Shown piece by piece: positions 56,725 through 64,000 of a DNA stretch of 64,000 bases; positions within the stretch are counted from its first letter, which is position 1, and each line of letters begins with the position of its first letter. This DNA comes from the human T2T-CHM13v2.0 reference genome, Homo sapiens. The notes beneath the pieces are model-generated. The model saw only the letters and a list, made by a program, of their open reading frames with translations. It was not told where the DNA came from and did not search any database. Location of the stretch: the NCBI RefSeq assembly GCF_009914755.1, contig NC_060935.1. One strand, 5' to 3'. Made by a program: the position numbers and the translations under genes.

Positions 56725-57352
56725 GTAAGAGAACCCAAGACCAACTAAGATTTTAAGATGGCTCTGAAGGTACTTGTCTAGTTCATTAGGTTGCAATTTT
56801 CCTCTTTATTTGCCTGTTTCGAATTTTCTAGTCTTCCTCTGCTTTTCTCCAATCTCAGTTTTTCCATCAAATAACATTCTGATTATCTCTGCATGTCTTT
56901 CAGTACCCAAGTATATGTGTATTTTATCATGTCTAGAATGAGGATTTTTCACATTTCATCATCTCTAAAATTGTGATGCATCTTACAAATTGATGGAATA
57001 TCTTATTAGAAGCATTTTTATCTTAGCATTTCATAAGATAATGCTGCAGCTTACGGTGGACAGTGTCTTAGATCTGATGGGATGTAAGATATCTGCATTT
57101 GAAGATATGAACTTCTTGGAGCTGGCTAGGTGCCTTTTTCTTTCTTCCCATCTACCTTTGGCTTCGGTTTCTTCTTAATAATATTTGTTTCATCTTTCTA
57201 GTTTAAAAATCATTCTGCTCTCTTTGCCCCTTTTTCTCCTTTCTTCTGCCTGCCTTCCTGTTCCCCTTTTTCATCTCCTGTATCCTCCTTTGGTCTCTTA
57301 AAGTCTGACCACGTTCCCAGGGCCTTCACTGATCAGAGCTCTTTTTTTAAAG

Positions 57353-57556
57353 GCCTTACAGCCTGATGGTGGTGCCACCCGACAAGGTGAATCCCGAGCA
57401 CTACATCTTCTCTCCCTTTGGGATCTTGCATGTACATCCTGTGGAAGGTAGCGAGACGATGACACTGGGTACCTGGCACCATCACTGTGTTCTCTGGCAG
57501 CAGCTCCAGTTCATTCCATTTTTTAAGTATTGCCTCTTACGCAAGTCCTTTACCTG
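57353..57556 (+). CDS. DNHD1: DNHD1 coding exon 3
   Basis: PYSLMVVPPDKVNPEHYIFSPFGILHV...LRKSFT; CTG|gtaggt; 204 nt. Confidence 0.9.
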
Positions 57557-57634
57557 GTAGGTAATGACGGATATGTGATTTGGGGGGAAATGGATGACAG
57601 CAACAGTATATTATCACTGACCTCTAATTTCTAG

Positions 57635-57745
57635 TTGGAAGAAGAATGTGAGATTACAGGGGCTGCATCGACTCCAGAAATTCCTAGAGAATCATCTGCT
57701 CTTGGCTGTGCCCCACTTTGGAGCTGGGCTACTCCATATTAGCAG
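57635..57745 (+). CDS. DNHD1: DNHD1 coding exon 4
   Basis: ctag|T; WKKNVRLQGLHRLQKFLENHLLLAVPHFGAGLLHISR; CAG|gtgagg; 111 nt. Confidence 0.9.
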
Positions 57746-58451
57746 GTGAGGTATTAAAAACACAACTTCATTGAGTTTTTAAAAATTAGTTTTACTAAAG
57801 GTAATAGTATGTTTGTTGTAGAAAATCTGAAAGATACAAAAAAGCACTAAGAAAAAACCTTTAATCCTACCAACCACTATGAACATTTTGTTGCATATCT
57901 TTCTAGTCTTTTTTCTATCACATACACAAAATGTGATCATACCTTACATACTGTTAAATAACCAGTTTTTTCTTTGAACATATATTCTGAACTAGATTAT
58001 ATTCTATTTCATGAATAGAATATATTCTCTATGGAGAATATATGCAATATTCTCCAGGTAATTATATATCTTAAACCACTTGCACTCACGTAATTATGTG
58101 TAATGTCAGATCTGGGGGTCTAATTCAGTTGTTTGAATCCAAACTCTGTGTTCTTTCCAAGATATTACTTGGATTCTATTTTTCTTTTTTTTGGAAAAGG
58201 TTGGTTATTCCTATTTTCAGTATTTCCTTGCTTTCCCTACATGACTCCTCAGCTACTCTTAGGTATATTCTGTGACAGGAGTTGCAAATTCAGTTGCCTA
58301 AAGGGCCTAAGCAGGAAGTATTGAAGGAATGCAGTGGTTTAGGTGGAAGACATTAGGGAGCATGGGAACTGCAATCTGGAGACTGCATCTAAAGAGGATA
58401 GTCACTACTCAGTTCCAACTAATTACTAATTGTTGCTGTTTGGGAATATAG

Positions 58452-58858
<407 letters not shown>

Positions 58859-59745
58859 TCAAATTTTTATTAAAACACTGTATGCTAGCCAACTCTTAGT
58901 GACTCATTTTGAAAAACTTTTCCATCTGAATTTAACCCAGTTTGCAACTTCTGCTCTAGGGAGTTTCATCCTCCAGTCTGGCCTAATCATCATGGTGTAA
59001 TTAAGAGCATAAGGGCTTGGGAGACGGGACAAATCTTATTTAGACCTTGAGTACTAGCAAGGGACTTTAGTATTTGAGCCTCAGTTTCCTGATCTTCAAA
59101 CTCGGATAAAGATTTCTAGATTTAATTCTGTAATGAGAATTAAACGACACTGTGAATACAAAGTGCCACATTCAGTACCTCTCAGTAGACACTGAATAAA
59201 TGATGCCCATTGTGACCATCCTGTCTGATTATTAGGATTCTTTATCCTTTTCAAGGATGTTTACAGATGTGGAGTTCTCTGGGGCTTGGGAGGTATGGAT
59301 AACAGGATTGGGCTTCCTCAGGGATGGGCAGCCCACAGAGAAGTTCCAGTTTCATCACATTTGATCCTAAAACTTACCTGTCCACCTAGACTTTTAGGAC
59401 CTTTAGCTTTCTCTATTCCAAGGAAGAAGCCTCTGCTGTCTCTCCTTCTAAGTCAGACCTTGGTACCTATTTGACCCTCTCTTCTAGCAGAGAGATCACT
59501 AGGTATAAGCACTTGCACATACCCCAAGCCTTTTCTCAGCTTGTATAGCTGAGAAAGCAGCTTTATGGGCTTATACTCTTTCAGAGAACTCTCGAGAGGG
59601 AGCTGTCACTATTGGTCACTGTTGGTAATATTACAATCTCTATAAATATTTGTGCAGTCTGAGGTAAGCTAGGCTGAGAAGAGGTCAAAGGTATCCAAGG
59701 AAGGATTGGGATGCCAGCTCTGACCAGCTTAGTCCTTGATTCTAG

Positions 59746-59902
59746 GCTTCTGCAGGAGCTATACTCTGTGTCCTGGCTACCCCAGGAACTGGATCGGTGC
59801 TATGAGCTGCTGGACCTGCAGACGGCTCTAGCCGAGGAGAAGCATAAGGCTCTACGGCTGCTCCATCGTTGCCTAAACCTCTGCACATCCATTCTTCGAC
59901 TG
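59746..59902 (+). CDS. DNHD1: DNHD1 coding exon 5; gene continues past the window end
   Basis: LLQELYSVSWLPQELDRCYE...TSILRL; CTG|gtaaga; CDS total 1392 nt (464 codons). Confidence 0.9.
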
Positions 59903-60594
59903 GTAAGAGGCTCTTAGTTTATTGTGGACCTCTTCCCCAAGTTGAGCTCCCCAGAGTTTCAGCCTCCTCTTAGTTAAGTTTCTCCTGGAATCCACTGTAT
60001 GACCTGGACTCTACAGTTGAATCAGAGCCATTTTCCTGCCCAGCAACAGCAGTTTCTGCTCTAGGATGGATGAATCAATAACAGGTGTGCAGAGGCTTGA
60101 ACTAGACCTTTCCCTAAGGGTTGATCTTGACCTAGGAGCAGGGAGGAGAAGGAATGTATCAATGTCTATTTTGTCTGTTGTTTATGCTGACCTTTGGGAA
60201 TTAGGGAATTTGAGAACAGGAATCCTGGTCTTTTATGCTGCTGAGCTTATTTTTGAACCTATCTTGAACCTTTGGAAGGCCACTGTAGTTAGTGGAAGGA
60301 TGCAATGATGGAGTCCTTCTTAATTATGCATACGTTGCATCTGTGATGCACAACCCCTGCCTAGAGTTCTGGGAGGCCCTCCTGTGTACTGACCTCTTGC
60401 CCATGGTCTATTATCATGGTTTGTTGTCAGGTGGGGCTGGATATTCACACAGGACTGTGGCTAATTACCATGTATAGATAGTCCGGTTCTGAGAGAGGAG
60501 GCTCACTCAGATTTTGTGAAAATAACTAATTAATGTGAAGGAGGCATACCTTGCCTGGCTTGAGCCAGGTTTTGGGTTCTACATGTTGCTCTAA

Positions 60595-60987
<393 letters not shown>

Positions 60988-62295
60988 GACTGCAAGGAAT
61001 TTCTGTTCCTAGGAGGAACCAATAACTTCTGTTGATTGCTCTGGTTGAAATCTTAAATATTTAAAAATACCCGTAATAAAACATTTTCATAAAATTTTAA
61101 ATAGTCAAATTCCTTCCCCTTCTAAGAATTACCTGTCCTCTTTATCCTACTCTGTTTTCCTTTTTCTGTCTTCCTTCTCACCTTTAAAAATACTATATAA
61201 TTTACTTACTATTTTTACTAATGTCTCATGATAGGTTGTAACCTCCACAAGGGTAGAGATCTTTGTTTTGTTCACTGATGTATCCCAGGAACCTAGGGAT
61301 ATTATTGAACGTCTTTGCACAAAGAGCCTCTGCAGTTTTACGACTTTGCACTGATTGGACTCTTCAGTGATATCTTCTTTGGATGTTTTAGAAGAGTGGC
61401 TAAAAAAGGAAATTCATAGTCTCTCTTCAGGAGGTTTAGAGGAAAGGGGCCAAAGGCATTAGCAATGTCAAGATCCTAAAGCCAAGGTGCAGGAGTGAAA
61501 AGGAGGCAGTGGCCTTTAGCTTCCAGACAATAAATGCTGGACCTGCCATTGTACCAAGCTGAATGAGGCAGGAGATGGGGGTGAGCTGCTCCACAGCCTT
61601 TCTCTACCTCTCAGTTCCTCAATCCCACCTTTAATGTTATAAAAATAGTTATAACTTTTTGAAATTCAGTAGTCAATTTTGTATATTAAGGTATAATTCA
61701 TATACAGTAGACAAATTTTAACTGTAAAGTTGTTGAATTTTTTGCATTTGTATTTGTATTGCTATATATTTGTATACCTGGATCACGATAGAGAACATTT
61801 CCAGCACCCCAGCAAGCTCCCTGGTGCCTCTTTCATTGATACCCCCGCAGAGGTAACCAGTACTCTGACCTGTGTCACCACAGGTTAATTTTGTCTCATT
61901 TTGAATTTCATGTAACTAGAATTGGACAGTGTGTGCTCCTCTTTGCCTGACTTTTTTCACTCAACATTATGTTTGTGAGATTTATCCGTAATGTTCTAGG
62001 TAGCAGTGGTTTACTCTTTTTGTATAGCTACGTAGTATTTCACTGTATGAATGACCACAATTTATATATTCATTCTTCTATTGTGGACATTTGGGTTGGT
62101 TCCAGTTTTTTACTATTATGAATAACACTGCTGTGAACATTCTTGTACATGTCTTTTGGTGGACATAAGCATTTATTTTTTTGGGATATATATGCCAGGA
62201 GTGGAACTGCTAGAATAGAATATATGTATGTTTTATACTGCCAAACAGTTTTCCAGAGTGGTTGTACCAGTTTACGTTTCCATCAGTGATGCTGA

Positions 62296-63056
<761 letters not shown>

Positions 63057-63248
63057 TGATTTTGTATTTTGATATAATTTCAAACTTATTAGAATTGTAA
63101 AGATAGTAAGATAAACTCTCACATACCCTTTATATAGATTGTTATTTTTCCCATTTCCTTTATCATTTATGCTCTTTTTTTATAAACATGTATACATTAT
63201 TTTCTAAATAATTTGAGAGTCAATTGAAGGCATCAGCCCCCTTACCCC

Positions 63249-63670
63249 TGTCTTAGTTTGTTTTCTGTTGCTATAATAGAATACCAAAGACTGGGTAATT
63301 TATAAAGAATAAAAGTTTATTTGGTTCATGGTTCTGGAGGCTGGGAAGTCCAAGAGCATCTGGCGAGAGTCTCATCCCATGGTGGAGGGTATCACATACT
63401 GATGAGACATGAATATGAGACAGAGAGAGGAGAGAGGAAATCAGGCAAAACTCATCCTTTTTATCAGGAATCCATTCCCATGATAACTAACCCACTCCCA
63501 TGATCAGAACATTGATCCCTTCATGTGAGTTAAGCCCTCTTAGCTCATTGATCCCTTCATGTGGGTTGAGCCCTCTTAAAGACCCCATCTCTTAAAACTG
63601 TTACTATGGCAATTAAGTTTCCAACACATTAACTTTTGGGAGACACATTCAAATCATTCAAATCATAGCA
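63249..63670. mobile_element. MST-type MaLR solo LTR
   Basis: tgtcttagtttgttttctgttgctataa...ttcaaatcatagca; TSD acccc / actcc; internal ~36-bp tandem duplication at ~63510-63580. Confidence 0.82.
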
Positions 63671-64000
63671 ACTCCTGTATATGTCAGTATGTTTTTTCTG
63701 TGAATGAGGACATTTCATTTTATAACTATAGTACAATGATCAAAGATTAGGAAATTTCACTCTGATACAACTCTGTTATCTAATCTCCAATCTTTATTCA
63801 AAATTTGGCAATTGTTCTAATAATGTCCTTTATTACTATATTTTTTCGTTCTTCAGGATCCAAACCAGAATTATGTATTGAATTTAGTGCTCACTTCTGT
63901 TTAGTCTCTCTTATATGGAACAGTTCCTCAGCCTTTGTGTTTTCCTTACTTGCTTCAAGGCATGACAACTCTGTAATACGATTGGAACATTCCAAGCCTC

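Overview
Human genomic DNA with the gene order I recognise from chr11p15.4. On the minus strand lie the 5' part of TRIM3 (non-coding exon 1 and six coding exons, aa 1-511; the 3' exons lie before the window start) and the complete ARFIP2 (341 aa). On the plus strand lie TIMM10B (103 aa), head-to-head with ARFIP2 on a shared CpG-island promoter, and the 5' part of DNHD1 (five coding exons, aa 1-464). All coding exon chains were rebuilt by hand from GT-AG sites and stay in phase. The rest is mostly Alu, L2, MIR, L1, LTR and MER1 repeats, plus a full-length processed VDAC1 pseudogene that is interrupted by a THE1-type LTR and sits inside an L2. I found no wholly new multi-gene system. The best leads are: (1) an upstream ATG exon and 279-nt GT-AG intron that would add 52 in-frame residues to the DNHD1 N-terminus and bypass out-of-frame upstream ATGs; (2) a ~190-bp, ~96% identical inverted repeat in a DNHD1 intron that I could not assign to any transposon, with a small perfect hairpin at its inner edge; (3) an in-frame alternative acceptor adding 33 aa to ARFIP2; (4) uORFs overlapping the TIMM10B and DNHD1 start codons. 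Repeat subfamily names come from motif recognition only and their boundaries are approximate.
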